Of a stretch of 64,000 nucleotides of DNA, positions 1 to 9,540 are shown in pieces (the first letter of the stretch is position 1; every line of letters starts with the position of its first letter). The position numbers and the translations under genes are program-made. The stretch comes from Clostridia bacterium (GTDB lineage Bacteria; Bacillota; Clostridia; Oscillospirales; Acutalibacteraceae), in assembly GCA_017537195.1 (NCBI GenBank), contig JAFYLF010000045.1, positions 951 through 64,950 of the forward strand, read 5' to 3'. The notes beneath the pieces were generated by a model, which was not told where the DNA came from, did not search any database, and saw only the letters and a program-made list of their open reading frames with translations.

Positions 1-56
1 GAAGTATTGCGGCTTTGCCGCTTTTATGATATAATACACTTAAAGGCGGTGGTGAT

Positions 57-401
57 ATGTTTGAAGAAATGCTTGAGGTTGCAAGAAATAAGCTTGCGAC
101 TATAAATGAAATCGTTGACGGCTTACCTGAACCGCAGGTAACCATTCTTTTGACTGATATTGATAATATCTATGTAGCAGTTAATGATGTTTATGGAACG
201 ATCTGTGAAGAATTAAAGCAGGGTAAAGATACGAAGGTTATCAAAATGCTTACAATGTGGAAAGATGGGAGTATCGATATATCTTCTTACGCCTTTCGCA
301 ATACTCTTGTTAAAATGGATAGAGATAACAACAATACGGATGTTTTATTACAGGGTAAGAATAATTACTTGATTAAAAAATTAGCAGACACAATTATCTG
401 A
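57..401 (+). CDS. hypothetical protein (114 aa)
   Basis: Complete ORF with a GGTGGTGA ribosome-binding-like run just before the ATG. A hairpin terminator follows at 448-480. No family recognised by eye. Confidence 0.5.
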   Translation: MFEEMLEVARNKLATINEIVDGLPEPQVTILLTDIDNIYVAVNDVYGTICEELKQGKDTKVIKMLTMWKDGSIDISSYAFRNTLVKMDRDNNNTDVLLQGKNNYLIKKLADTII

Positions 402-446
402 TTAAAAATCTTCGGCTTTTTACCAGTTTTTTTCGGACAAGAGAGA

Positions 447-565
447 CAAAAATCCCGAACGCTTTCGCATTCGGGATTTTACTTTTTCACCATTCACTTT
501 TCACTCTTCACTAAAATTCGCATTCGGGATTTTTGAAAGTAATAAGTAATAGTGAATAGTGAAGA
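447..565 (+). repeat. terminator-linked intergenic repeat, copy A (about 120 nt)
   Basis: Aligns with the reverse complement of 15410-15530. The 31-nt block GAAAGTAATAAGTAATAGTGAATAGTGAAGA (535-565) is identical to the reverse complement of 15410-15440. Both copies also share ACTTTTTCAC, TTCACTCTTCAC and a second GGATTTTT half-hairpin. Confidence 0.8.
448..480 (+). terminator. rho-independent terminator hairpin
   Basis: AAATCCCGAA / TTCGGGATTT 10-bp stem flanked by A-run and T-run, downstream of the 57-401 ORF. It forms the 5' part of repeat copy A. Confidence 0.6.
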
Positions 566-647
566 GGCGAAAGTTTGTCTGTGAGATAGATAAAAACCTT
601 GTATATTCCCGTTTTCTGTGGTATAATTTAAATAAGAGGTGAGTTTT

Positions 648-1982
648 ATGAAAAAATTTTTATGTTTAACAATTTCACTCGTTTTTATTATTTGTGGTTT
701 CTCTGCTTGTCGTGCAAACTCTAAAAAACCCGATTTAGATAATGCCGATAAATCGCAAGTTTTAGATACAAACAGTGCTGTTTCAGAAGAAAGTAACTCC
801 GACAAAGAAAAAACTTCTTCTGATTCAGCCAAAAATAACAAGAAAAACGAAAAGGATACAAACACATCAACAACAAGTAACTCTTCTAAAAACAAGTCAA
901 GCACATCTACTAATACAACAAGCCAACCGACACAAAACAATTCATCCACAGTCAATACTACAACATCTTCCGACAGTACACCGAGTAATAATCAAACCAT
1001 CGAAAACATAGATAACGGTGTTTTGCAAGAGGCAACAGTTCAAGAAATGAATGTGCCTGAAAATATGCAATTATTAGGTACAAATAATGCAAAGGAAGAA
1101 AATAATTCAAACAATGTAAAGGCTACGGTGGCTGCATATAAACTTGACGGAGATGCTGTAAGTTGGAAGACCGAAAATGATTATCTTTATATTATAACAT
1201 CGGGTAATAACCGATTAGTTGTTATAAATTCAAAAGATATGATGCCGATCGCGAATGTTCCACTTGCTGGAAAACCTGCTGAACTCAATATTATTGGTGC
1301 CGAAATATATATTTCGTTGCCAGATTTATGCAGAATAGATGTTTTTTCAAAATCAAATTATACCAAAACAACGTCACTTAATTTTGAGCATGAGGTTTCA
1401 TCTTTTTGTATAGATGGCGAATATATTTATTATTCCGAGCACGACCAACATTGTGATGTATATAAAAAGAATATGACCACAAATGAATTGATAAATATCA
1501 TCCCTGATAGAGGTTGGTCGTTTTATCAACCAAAATTGTATTTGAATAAGGAAGATAATATTTTATATATCGGCGAAACCGGTCATACCGGAAGTACACT
1601 ATTTTATTACGACGCAACAACTTTACAGCTCAAGAGTATATTTAGAAAGAACGATTATGGATTATTTAATCACACTAGAGATATCTTCCATGTCGGAAAT
1701 GAAATTTTTTGGGCTAATTATCGCTTATCGGACACAAATGCAAATGAAATCGTCGGCAGATATGGTGAAGGAGATTACGGTAGTGTTAACTTTGCTTCGG
1801 AAGAGTTGGTTTCAACTTTTGAAGGTATTTTCTTGACAGACACTTATGAATGTGTTGTGAATTATTTTGATGCGAGATTCAGATTTGAATATATACTCGT
1901 AACAGAATCAAACAATATTTTCTTTAGAGCAAGAAGTATTGATAAGAATATAATATTAGGCATTAATTTTAGTATGCAATAA
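648..1982 (+). CDS. putative lipoprotein with Ser/Thr/Asn-rich linker and beta-propeller-like C-terminal domain
   Basis: ATG at 648 lies 7 nt after GAGGTG. Signal peptide MKKFLCLTISLVFIICGFSAC has a lipobox Cys. A low-complexity S/T/N linker is followed by a repeat-like globular region. TGgTATAAT extended -10 at 619-627. The GTG at 639 in the ORF track is less likely. Confidence 0.6.
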   Translation: MKKFLCLTISLVFIICGFSACRANSKKPDLDNADKSQVLDTNSAVSEESNSDKEKTSSDSAKNNKKNEKDTNTSTTSNSSKNKSSTSTNTTSQPTQNNSSTVNTTTSSDSTPSNNQTIENIDNGVLQEATVQEMNVPENMQLLGTNNAKEENNSNNVKATVAAYKLDGDAVSWKTENDYLYIITSGNNRLVVINSKDMMPIANVPLAGKPAELNIIGAEIYISLPDLCRIDVFSKSNYTKTTSLNFEHEVSSFCIDGEYIYYSEHDQHCDVYKKNMTTNELINIIPDRGWSFYQPKLYLNKEDNILYIGETGHTGSTLFYYDATTLQLKSIFRKNDYGLFNHTRDIFHVGNEIFWANYRLSDTNANEIVGRYGEGDYGSVNFASEELVSTFEGIFLTDTYECVVNYFDARFRFEYILVTESNNIFFRARSIDKNIILGINFSMQ

Positions 1983-2036
1983 TTTTAAAAAATCTTCAAA
2001 TCAAGAAAATCAGGTTTTTAGACCGGTTATAAACAA

Positions 2037-2062
2037 CAAAAGCACTTCGCAAGAAGTGCTTT
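2037..2062 (+). terminator. rho-independent terminator
   Basis: AAAAGCACTTC GCAA GAAGTGCTTTT hairpin plus T-run after the lipoprotein gene. Confidence 0.6.
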
Positions 2063-2134
2063 TACTTTTTCTTGAAATTTGTCGCAAAAAGGTGTATTAT
2101 GTAAAAGATTGTGAAATAAGGATAGGAGAAATAT

Positions 2135-3241
2135 ATGCCTGTATTAAAGTTTATAAAAAAATACACTGTTTTTTGTGTTGCGGCTTTGGCAGCGGTGGTA
2201 ACCTGCTTTTTTGTACCGCCTGACCGTGAATATTTAGATTATTTTGATTGGTCAACCTTGGCTTGTCTTTTCTTGACATTGGCGGTTATATGCGCTTTTC
2301 GTAATATCAAGTTTTTTACTATAATTGCCCGAAAGCTAGTACTTCTTACGGGTAATCTTCGAAGCCTTTTCTTTATGTTAATAGTTATAACATTTACAGG
2401 TTCAATGATTATTGCAAACGATATGGCGCTTATAACCTTTTTACCGCTTGGGTATTTTGCATTAAGCGTTGCAAAACGCGAAAAATATATACCTTATCTT
2501 TTTATACTTCAAAATATTTCGGCGAATTTAGGCGGAATGCTGACACCTTTTGGCAATCCGCAAAACCTTTATTTATATTCATATTTTAAAATACCCACCT
2601 TGGAATTTTGCAAAATAATGCTGCCGCCTTTTTTGCTTGCAATCGCTTTATTGGGTATTGCGTGTCTTTTTGTAAAACCCGAAAGACTTGTGATAGGCGA
2701 AAAATTCCCCGAAAAATTGAGCATTAAACGAACTGTTCTTTATAGCGTGTTATTTCTGTTTTCAATTTTGATAGTTTTCAGGGTTATACCTTTTTGGCTT
2801 GGTCTTATAATTGTGCCTTTGGTGCTTTTGGCAGTCGATAGGGAAGCGCTTTATATGGTCGATTATGCGCTTTTGGGTACATTTTTCTTTTTCTTCATTT
2901 TTGCGGGGAATTTATCTCGGATTGATGCGGTTAATACTGTGATTTCATCGCTTTTGCAAAAAGATACCTTACTAGTATCGGTGCTTTGCTGTCAGGGAAT
3001 AAGCAATGTACCATCGGCAATTTTGCTCTCGAGGTTTACCACTAATTACAAAGCCTTGCTTATGGGTGTTAATATTGGCGGAACGGGTACACTTATCGCT
3101 TCTCTTGCGAGTCTTATCACCTTTAGCGAACACCGTATTTTATATCCAGGCCACACAAAGCAGTATTTTTGGCTGTTTACTCTTATAAATGTTATTTTCC
3201 TTGTGATTATGACCGCCTCAGCAAAGAGCTTCTTTTTGTAA
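2135..3241 (+). CDS. ArsB/NhaD (citrate-transporter-like) family anion permease
   Basis: 368-aa polytopic membrane protein. It has the GNPQNLY motif and the overall pattern typical of the ArsB/NhaD permease superfamily. AGGAGA RBS before the ATG. Confidence 0.6.
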   Translation: MPVLKFIKKYTVFCVAALAAVVTCFFVPPDREYLDYFDWSTLACLFLTLAVICAFRNIKFFTIIARKLVLLTGNLRSLFFMLIVITFTGSMIIANDMALITFLPLGYFALSVAKREKYIPYLFILQNISANLGGMLTPFGNPQNLYLYSYFKIPTLEFCKIMLPPFLLAIALLGIACLFVKPERLVIGEKFPEKLSIKRTVLYSVLFLFSILIVFRVIPFWLGLIIVPLVLLAVDREALYMVDYALLGTFFFFFIFAGNLSRIDAVNTVISSLLQKDTLLVSVLCCQGISNVPSAILLSRFTTNYKALLMGVNIGGTGTLIASLASLITFSEHRILYPGHTKQYFWLFTLINVIFLVIMTASAKSFFL

Positions 3242-3244
3242 CTT

Positions 3245-3278
3245 AAAGCACTTCCTTGTGAAGTGCTTTGTTTCTTTT
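3245..3278 (+). terminator. rho-independent terminator
   Basis: AAAGCACTTC CTTGT GAAGTGCTTT hairpin followed by GTTTCTTTT. Confidence 0.55.
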
Positions 3279-3391
3279 AAAACTAATATTATTGCAGTAA
3301 TCATATATATGTGATACAATTAAATAAGATTTAAAGAAAGTATAATTTTGGTGATATTGGATAACATTGCTTTTTGGAAGAGGTTTATAAT

Positions 3392-4096
3392 ATGAATAAA
3401 TTAAAAAAGAAAAAGTCAAAGGTTATAGCGATTTTTATTATCGTAATACTTTTTGTCATTGTTTTTGTTCTTGATTATTTTAATATGTTGCCAAAAAAAT
3501 ACTATTTAGCCGAAGATTTCGGGATACAAACCATTAAAAGCTCGGTTGATTTTAACGGCAACGGTGTTGATGATTACACCGATATTTTATTGGACGCCAG
3601 AAAGGATGCTAAAAATCACCCCAAATATGACGGTGCGTATGTCGATGGCGGCTATCCGCCTGATAATATCGGTGTATGCGCAGATGTAATATGGCGCGCC
3701 TTTAAAAATGCGGGGTACAGTCTTCGTGATATGGTGGATAATGATATAAAGAATCGTCCGCAAGCATATCCGCTTATAGATAAACCTGATACAAATATTG
3801 ATTTTCGCCGTGTGCGTAACCTTCGTATTTTCTTTGAGGAATATGCTCAAACGCTTACTACCGATATAAATGATATTTCCGAGTGGCAAGCAGGGGATAT
3901 TGTGATTTTTAATAATGATAAGCATATAGGCATTGTGTCCGACAGGCGCAACCGAGACGGTGTGGTATACATCATACATAACGGCGGTCAGCCTGTGCGA
4001 GAAGAAGATTATTTAGGACGTAGTCCCGTAGTAGCCCACTACCGCTTTGATGCTTCAAAGATTGACAAGTCAATATTGATTGAATGGAAAGAATAA
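3392..4096 (+). CDS. DUF1287 domain-containing protein (N-terminal membrane anchor)
   Basis: ATG at 3392 (MNKLKKKKSKV...) lies 7 nt after GGAAGAGG. The TTG at 3374 in the ORF track is less likely. The GVCADVIWRAFKNAGY ... GDIVIF ... HIGIVS pattern resembles DUF1287. Confidence 0.6.
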   Translation: MNKLKKKKSKVIAIFIIVILFVIVFVLDYFNMLPKKYYLAEDFGIQTIKSSVDFNGNGVDDYTDILLDARKDAKNHPKYDGAYVDGGYPPDNIGVCADVIWRAFKNAGYSLRDMVDNDIKNRPQAYPLIDKPDTNIDFRRVRNLRIFFEEYAQTLTTDINDISEWQAGDIVIFNNDKHIGIVSDRRNRDGVVYIIHNGGQPVREEDYLGRSPVVAHYRFDASKIDKSILIEWKE

Positions 4097-4126
4097 AAAA
4101 TGAGCCGAAATTTCGGCTCATTTTTT
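4095..4126. terminator. bidirectional terminator between convergent genes
   Basis: AAAAAATGAGCCGAAATTTCGGCTCATTTTTT: perfect palindrome flanked by A- and T-runs. It overlaps the 3' end of the minus-strand hydrolase gene. Confidence 0.7.
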
Positions 4127-5098
4127 GTTTTGTATATAGATTTTTTCTTGCTTTTCAAGTGGATATGTGATGATGGTGTTAGCGTCAAGCTTTTCGTGGT
4201 TTATATTAACGGCGGTGATTTGGCGGTTTTGGTGGGTTGTGTAATAATAAATTCCTTTGTCGGCGTTTATGCAAGAGGTATAAATGGTTTTTTCAAAGTC
4301 GCCGTTTTGGGTTTGGGTACAGCCGTTTGTCTGGCTCACAGTTTCTAAAATGTGAAAAAATTGACCTATGCTTTCAATTTCGCTATTGCCCGATACCGAG
4401 TTCAGCTTGGTAAATGCCACTCTTACAAAGCGTGATTGCGAAGATAAATCGCCCGGCAGTCCCAAAGCGCCAAGACCCAGGCTGTAAGACTTTAAATTAA
4501 GGGCTTTGCTAAATCTGTTTTTGGGCGGTTTTGATGTCAGGTGCATATAATTATTCAAATTAAAAACCTGTTCAGGAAAGGTGGGGTTATTTGTAAGCAC
4601 ACCGACCTTGTTTTCGTAAATTTTAACTCCGTCTTTTACCGATTCGACGGTGATACATTCGGATTTGTCGGCTATAATCCAGTGAAGCTGGGCTACTGGA
4701 AGCTCATTTGAAAAGGGGGTATTAGTAATATTTATATTTTTTAGTTTTTCTTTTACTTCCTTCACTGTTGCGCACTGACCTAAAATCCAAGGTATAAGCT
4801 CAAATTGAGCGATGTTTTCTTTGAGCGGTGTCGTTTTTAGGTAAACTGCATTACCGACAAAATTAAGACCCGCAATACAAAGTCCTTTTTCATTTACAGC
4901 ATCATAATAAAGCGGATAATCATTTTTTACAAGCGCCATACCAATGATAGCATAATGCTTTTGCATTATACCCATATCCCGAAAATCAAAAATATAATTT
5001 CGTGGCGTAATAACCACGTTTTCCTCGAAAGAATGTATATAGTCAAGCGTTCTTCCGAAGTAAAAATCATTTGTTTTATAAGTAATTGCTGTGCACAT
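4118..5098 (-). CDS. choloylglycine hydrolase family (bile salt hydrolase / linear amide C-N hydrolase, Ntn)
   Basis: Translation from the ATG at 5098 starts MCTAITYKTNDFYFGRTLDY. The Met-Cys N-terminus with Cys2 nucleophile is typical of the family. GGTGA sits 6 nt upstream. The 12-codon extension in the ORF track would bury the nucleophile. Confidence 0.8.
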   Translation of the reverse strand: MCTAITYKTNDFYFGRTLDYIHSFEENVVITPRNYIFDFRDMGIMQKHYAIIGMALVKNDYPLYYDAVNEKGLCIAGLNFVGNAVYLKTTPLKENIAQFELIPWILGQCATVKEVKEKLKNINITNTPFSNELPVAQLHWIIADKSECITVESVKDGVKIYENKVGVLTNNPTFPEQVFNLNNYMHLTSKPPKNRFSKALNLKSYSLGLGALGLPGDLSSQSRFVRVAFTKLNSVSGNSEIESIGQFFHILETVSQTNGCTQTQNGDFEKTIYTSCINADKGIYYYTTHQNRQITAVNINHEKLDANTIITYPLEKQEKIYIQNKK

Positions 5099-5223
5099 AA
5101 AAATCACCAATATTATTTTGATGCGGCACAGCATATTTATGCAAAATTATAAGGTATTTAAATCTTGCTTTCGGATAATTTCAGTGATATAATTATCAAA
5201 GCAACTTTAAAAGAGGTTTTAGA

Positions 5224-5859
5224 ATGATAAAGGCGTATTTATTTGATTTTGACGGAACACTTGTTGACTCCATGCCTAACTATGTTTATTCAATGCTTCG
5301 TATTTTAGACGAAAACGGAATTAAGTATGACGATGATATTGTTAAAATAATCACTCCTTTAGGTCTTTACGCCACAGCAGATTATTATATTGAACTTGGC
5401 GTCAAAAAGACGCGCGAAGAAATTATTATGCAAATGAAGGAATATATGTATGAAGAATATTTATACAATATTCCTGCGAAAGAAAATGTTATAGGGGTTC
5501 TCAAAAACCTTAAAGAAAATGGCGCAAAATTAAGTGTTTTAACCGCAAGCCCGCATGTAACACTTGACCCTTGCCTTAAGCGATTGGGGATTTTTGATTT
5601 ATTCGATAATGTTTGGTCCTGTGATGATTTTTCAACTACCAAAGCCGACCCCCAAATTTATGTAAAGGCTGCGGAGAAAATCGGTGAAAAGGTGGAAGAT
5701 ATTCTCTTCCTTGATGATAACTATAATGCAGATGTAACCGCAAAAAAGGCGGGTATGCAGGTTTGCGGTGTTTATGACGAATCTTCTAAAGATTACGTTG
5801 ATGAAATAAAAACTGCTACAGATTATTATATATATAATTTCGCCGAACTTTTGGTGTGA
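5224..5859 (+). CDS. HAD superfamily hydrolase (phosphatase-like)
   Basis: N-terminal DFDGTLVDS (DxDxT motif I). Later LTAS and LDDN motifs. 211 aa. Confidence 0.7.
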   Translation: MIKAYLFDFDGTLVDSMPNYVYSMLRILDENGIKYDDDIVKIITPLGLYATADYYIELGVKKTREEIIMQMKEYMYEEYLYNIPAKENVIGVLKNLKENGAKLSVLTASPHVTLDPCLKRLGIFDLFDNVWSCDDFSTTKADPQIYVKAAEKIGEKVEDILFLDDNYNADVTAKKAGMQVCGVYDESSKDYVDEIKTATDYYIYNFAELLV

Positions 5860-5957
5860 AAATAGTAAACCGCTTTATCAGAGAAAGAGAAGTCCACTTG
5901 CGGCCGACATATTATTTGGAAATTTTTTAGTACTTTTAGTAATATTACTTTATAATT

Positions 5958-5992
5958 AAAAAACAAACTACCAGTCTGGTAGTTTGTTTTTT
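5958..5992. terminator. bidirectional terminator
   Basis: AAAAAACAAACTACCAG TC TGGTAGTTTGTTTTTT palindrome between HAD (+) and rhaD (-). Confidence 0.7.
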
Positions 5993-5994
5993 AA

Positions 5995-6810
5995 TTATAA
6001 GTTTAAGAAATCTTTTCTATAATCTAAACCGAAAGCATCGGCAACGGATTTTAATTCTTCATCCTTTATGGTATTTATATGTGGAAGATGAGCGATAAGC
6101 ATATAAAGTTGTGCGGCTTTTTCTACAGTTTCAATAAGACCAAAGGCTTCATCCATATCTCTGCCTGCGCCATATATACCATGAAGTCCCCATACAACTA
6201 GACGGTAGTCTTCCATTTTTTTGGCAGTAGCAATACCGATTTCATTATTACCGCAAACCATCCATGGAAGTACGCCGATACCATCAGGGAAAACAACAAT
6301 ACATTCAGTGCACATTTCCCAAATAGTGTGTGTGAATTTTTTTTCATCAAGCTCATGAATATGAGTCATAGCTAGAGTGTTAGTGGGGTGGGTATGCATA
6401 ATAATACGGTTAAGCGGATCTTTTTTTAGTCTCGCAATATGGCTCATTAAGTGTGCGGGTAATTCACTTGTGAATTTACCGCCATCTTTATAACCCCATA
6501 AAAGTTCTGCGGTGGTACCGTCTTTTGCAATGCGGATAATGCCTAGATTGCTTTCAGGGTCATCCTCTACATTTTTAAAGTATTTACCAGTACCGGTAAC
6601 AATAAATATTTTGCCAATGAGCTCAGTAGCATCAAAGCCGGTGGGTATTGTGCGGATAACATTATTTAGATCGAGATACTCGGCTACTTGGTTTTCTTCA
6701 AGCATATAACTTATATTTCCGCCGTTTCTCTCATCCCAACCCTGACGATACATGTTTGCGGTTATTTTTTTCATTTCCTCTACAAATGGTGCATTTAAAA
6801 TGTTTTTCAT
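5995..6810 (-). CDS. rhaD: rhamnulose-1-phosphate aldolase
   Basis: 271 aa. The N-terminus (...MYRQGWDERNGGNISYML) matches the RhaD class II aldolase signature. Last gene of a rhaB-rhaA-rhaD run. Confidence 0.85.
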   Translation of the reverse strand: MKNILNAPFVEEMKKITANMYRQGWDERNGGNISYMLEENQVAEYLDLNNVIRTIPTGFDATELIGKIFIVTGTGKYFKNVEDDPESNLGIIRIAKDGTTAELLWGYKDGGKFTSELPAHLMSHIARLKKDPLNRIIMHTHPTNTLAMTHIHELDEKKFTHTIWEMCTECIVVFPDGIGVLPWMVCGNNEIGIATAKKMEDYRLVVWGLHGIYGAGRDMDEAFGLIETVEKAAQLYMLIAHLPHINTIKDEELKSVADAFGLDYRKDFLNL

Positions 6811-6815
6811 TAAAA

Positions 6816-8072
6816 TTATCCTCTCTTTGATAAAATTTCGTTTTCATATTTCTTAACCGATTCGAACCATTCATTGTCGAGTGGCACATCGCATTTTCTA
6901 CAGTATTCTGCCCAAACGTCACCGAAAGGCATGGTTTTAATATCTTCGGTTCTTACCATAATTTCGGTAAAGTTATTGCTGTTTTGTAAATTGGTCATAT
7001 CGGGGGTGAGTAATGCTATAAGCAATGCTTTTTGTACGTTTCTAAGACCTACTGTCCAAGCTGAAATTCTATTAATCGAAGCATCGAAATAATCGAGTGC
7101 AATTTTAACTCTACCATCAAGATCTGTGCAGCGGACAATTTCTTTAGTAATTTCTTTAGTTTCATCGTCGAGTAATACTACATGGTCGCTATCCCAACGA
7201 ATGGGTCGTGTAATGTGTAATGCAATTTCAGGGAAAAATACAAGTAAAGCGGGTATTTTATCTGATACCACTTCGGTAGGATGATAATGACCGTTGTCCA
7301 TAAGGGGAATACATTTATCTTTATTAGCAGCGGCATATGATAGTGAAAATTCCGCACTACCCACTGTATAAGCTTCAACACCAATACCGAAAACCTTAGA
7401 TTCAACACAAGGTTTAACCTTATTAAAATCAAAAGGTTCAGAAAGGATTTCGTCAATAGCTTCTTTGTAACGGGCACGAGGACCTATTCTATCTGCAGGA
7501 ATATCCTTAAATCCGTCTCCCGTCCAAATATTCATAACACATTCCTGGCCCAATTCCTCGGCTAAGTATTGAGAAATTCTGATACAAGCTTTGCCATGAT
7601 CAATCCAGAATTTGCGGGTTTTTTCATTCGGACTTGAGAGAGTTAATGGGTCGCACATTGGGTGGGAGAAGAATGTGGGGTTGAAATCGCAACCAAGACC
7701 GCGTTCTTTACAAAAATCAACCCATTTTTTAAAGTGTTTAGGCTCGATTTTATCTCTGTCAACCCAACCACCGTTTTCGTCATCAAAAATGGCATAGCAA
7801 GCGTGGAGGTTAAGCTTTTTAGTGCCTGGAGAAAGCTTTAAAACTATATCTAAGTCCGCCATTAGTTGTTCGGGTGTGGTTGCTCTGCCGGGATAATTGC
7901 CGGTAGTCTGAATTCCGCCTGAAAGCGAATCTACTTTCTGGTCAAATCCTCGCACATCGTCACCCTGCCAGCAATGAAGTGCAATGGGTACGTTCATCAG
8001 TTTTTCAATTGCTATATCAGTGTCAATACCGATTTTAGCATACATTTCTTTTGCTTCCAAATATCTGCTCAT
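6816..8072 (-). CDS. rhaA: L-rhamnose isomerase
   Basis: 418 aa. HCWQGDDVRGF ... LSGGIQTTGNYPGRA is closely similar to E. coli RhaA. Confidence 0.9.
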   Translation of the reverse strand: MSRYLEAKEMYAKIGIDTDIAIEKLMNVPIALHCWQGDDVRGFDQKVDSLSGGIQTTGNYPGRATTPEQLMADLDIVLKLSPGTKKLNLHACYAIFDDENGGWVDRDKIEPKHFKKWVDFCKERGLGCDFNPTFFSHPMCDPLTLSSPNEKTRKFWIDHGKACIRISQYLAEELGQECVMNIWTGDGFKDIPADRIGPRARYKEAIDEILSEPFDFNKVKPCVESKVFGIGVEAYTVGSAEFSLSYAAANKDKCIPLMDNGHYHPTEVVSDKIPALLVFFPEIALHITRPIRWDSDHVVLLDDETKEITKEIVRCTDLDGRVKIALDYFDASINRISAWTVGLRNVQKALLIALLTPDMTNLQNSNNFTEIMVRTEDIKTMPFGDVWAEYCRKCDVPLDNEWFESVKKYENEILSKRG

Positions 8073-8073
8073 T

Positions 8074-9444
8074 TTATACCTCCAAAATATTGAAAGATTT
8101 TTTAACTATTTCTCTTGCTTCTTCAAGAGTCAAAGCTTTGTTAGCATACATAAGTTGAGCAATAAGATTGCCAAGTGCCGTAGCTTCTGTGGGACCGGCG
8201 AGTACGCGCTTACCGGTATATTTTTTTGTAAGCTCATTCAAATAACTATCCTTACTGCCACCACCGATAATGTTAATTAAGTCTATTTGTTTACCGCTTA
8301 CACGTTCTATCGTTTTAACAGCCTCATTATATGAATTTGCAAGTGAATGATAAACAGAGCTTAAAACATCTTCTATAGGTAATTCCGGTTTGTGCAAATA
8401 ATTCCTTATTGCTTCAATCATATTGTCGGGGGCTACGAATTCTTTGGCATTGGGATTTATAAGTTCTTTAAAATCGCTTTGCTTAGCCATATTCATCATT
8501 TCGTCATATGTATATTTTTTATTGAGATTTTTTCTCATGTTTTGAAATAGCCACATACCCATTATATTTTCAAGGAAGCGGTAGCGGTATTCAATGCCAC
8601 CTTCATTTGTAAAACCACCATTCATGGCTTCGTCCGACAAGATGGGTGATAGATTTTCGGTGCCAATTAAACTCCAAGTACCTGAAGAAATGTAAATACC
8701 CGTGTCACCAACAGGGCAGGCCGCAACTGCAGAGGCAGTATCGTGCGAGGGACAGAAAATGACTTTTGCATCGAATCCGACTTCTTTTTTAACAGTATCG
8801 CTTAAATTGCCGATAACATCTGTGGGCAAATTGAGTTCACCAAATATATCTGTTCTTATACCTAAGAGTTCTAATAATTCTTTATCAAGCTTTTTAGTTT
8901 CGGCATTTATAATTGAACCTGTTGTAGCATTTGTGTATTCGTTTTTAATAACATCCGTAAGACAAAATGACAAGTATTCAGGTATCATTAAGAAGTGGGA
9001 AGCATTATCTAATTTACCACTATTCTTATCGCAGTAAAGCTGATAAATCGTATTGAAATTAATTGCTTGGATACCGGTTCTTTTATAAAGTTCGGTGCGG
9101 GGAATTATTTTATCAATCTCTTCAGGGATACCGTCAGTACGGCTATCTCTGTAAGAGACTGCAGGCAAAATAGGCTTTTTGTCCTTATCTAATAGAACAT
9201 AGTCAACGCCCCATGTATCAATAGAAATTGTCTCAGGGATTTTTTCTAGATCACAGCAAGCCTTAATACCTGCCTTCACTTCGGATACAAGATGCTCAAT
9301 ATCCCAAATAAGTGAGCCGTTTTGATTTAAAATATAATTTTCAAAACGATAAACTTCCTGTTGTTTTATGATACCGTTTTCAAGCCAACCTAAAATATGC
9401 CTACCGCTTGAAGCGCCGATATCAATAGCTAAAAAATATTGCAA
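8074..9444 (-). CDS. rhaB: rhamnulokinase (FGGY family)
   Basis: 456 aa. FGGY N-terminus AIDIGASSGRH. Position directly upstream of rhaA. TTG start preceded by AAAGGAGGT. Confidence 0.85.
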   Translation of the reverse strand: MQYFLAIDIGASSGRHILGWLENGIIKQQEVYRFENYILNQNGSLIWDIEHLVSEVKAGIKACCDLEKIPETISIDTWGVDYVLLDKDKKPILPAVSYRDSRTDGIPEEIDKIIPRTELYKRTGIQAINFNTIYQLYCDKNSGKLDNASHFLMIPEYLSFCLTDVIKNEYTNATTGSIINAETKKLDKELLELLGIRTDIFGELNLPTDVIGNLSDTVKKEVGFDAKVIFCPSHDTASAVAACPVGDTGIYISSGTWSLIGTENLSPILSDEAMNGGFTNEGGIEYRYRFLENIMGMWLFQNMRKNLNKKYTYDEMMNMAKQSDFKELINPNAKEFVAPDNMIEAIRNYLHKPELPIEDVLSSVYHSLANSYNEAVKTIERVSGKQIDLINIIGGGSKDSYLNELTKKYTGKRVLAGPTEATALGNLIAQLMYANKALTLEEAREIVKKSFNILEV

Positions 9445-9540
9445 AAAAAGACCTCCTTTTTATATACTGTAAATATTTTAACGTAAAACATTATATAAAA
9501 ATAGGTCTTTAAATTGCTTAAAATATGTCTTTTCTTGCAG

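Noticed and set aside
494-955. 153-aa minus-strand ORF
   Set aside because: It starts antisense to the well-supported lipoprotein gene (648-1982), runs on through its promoter and ends inside repeat copy A. It has no RBS and a low-complexity translation, so it is spurious.
4100-4348. 82-aa plus-strand ORF
   Set aside because: It is antisense to the 3' end of the choloylglycine hydrolase gene and begins inside the bidirectional terminator, so it is not credible.
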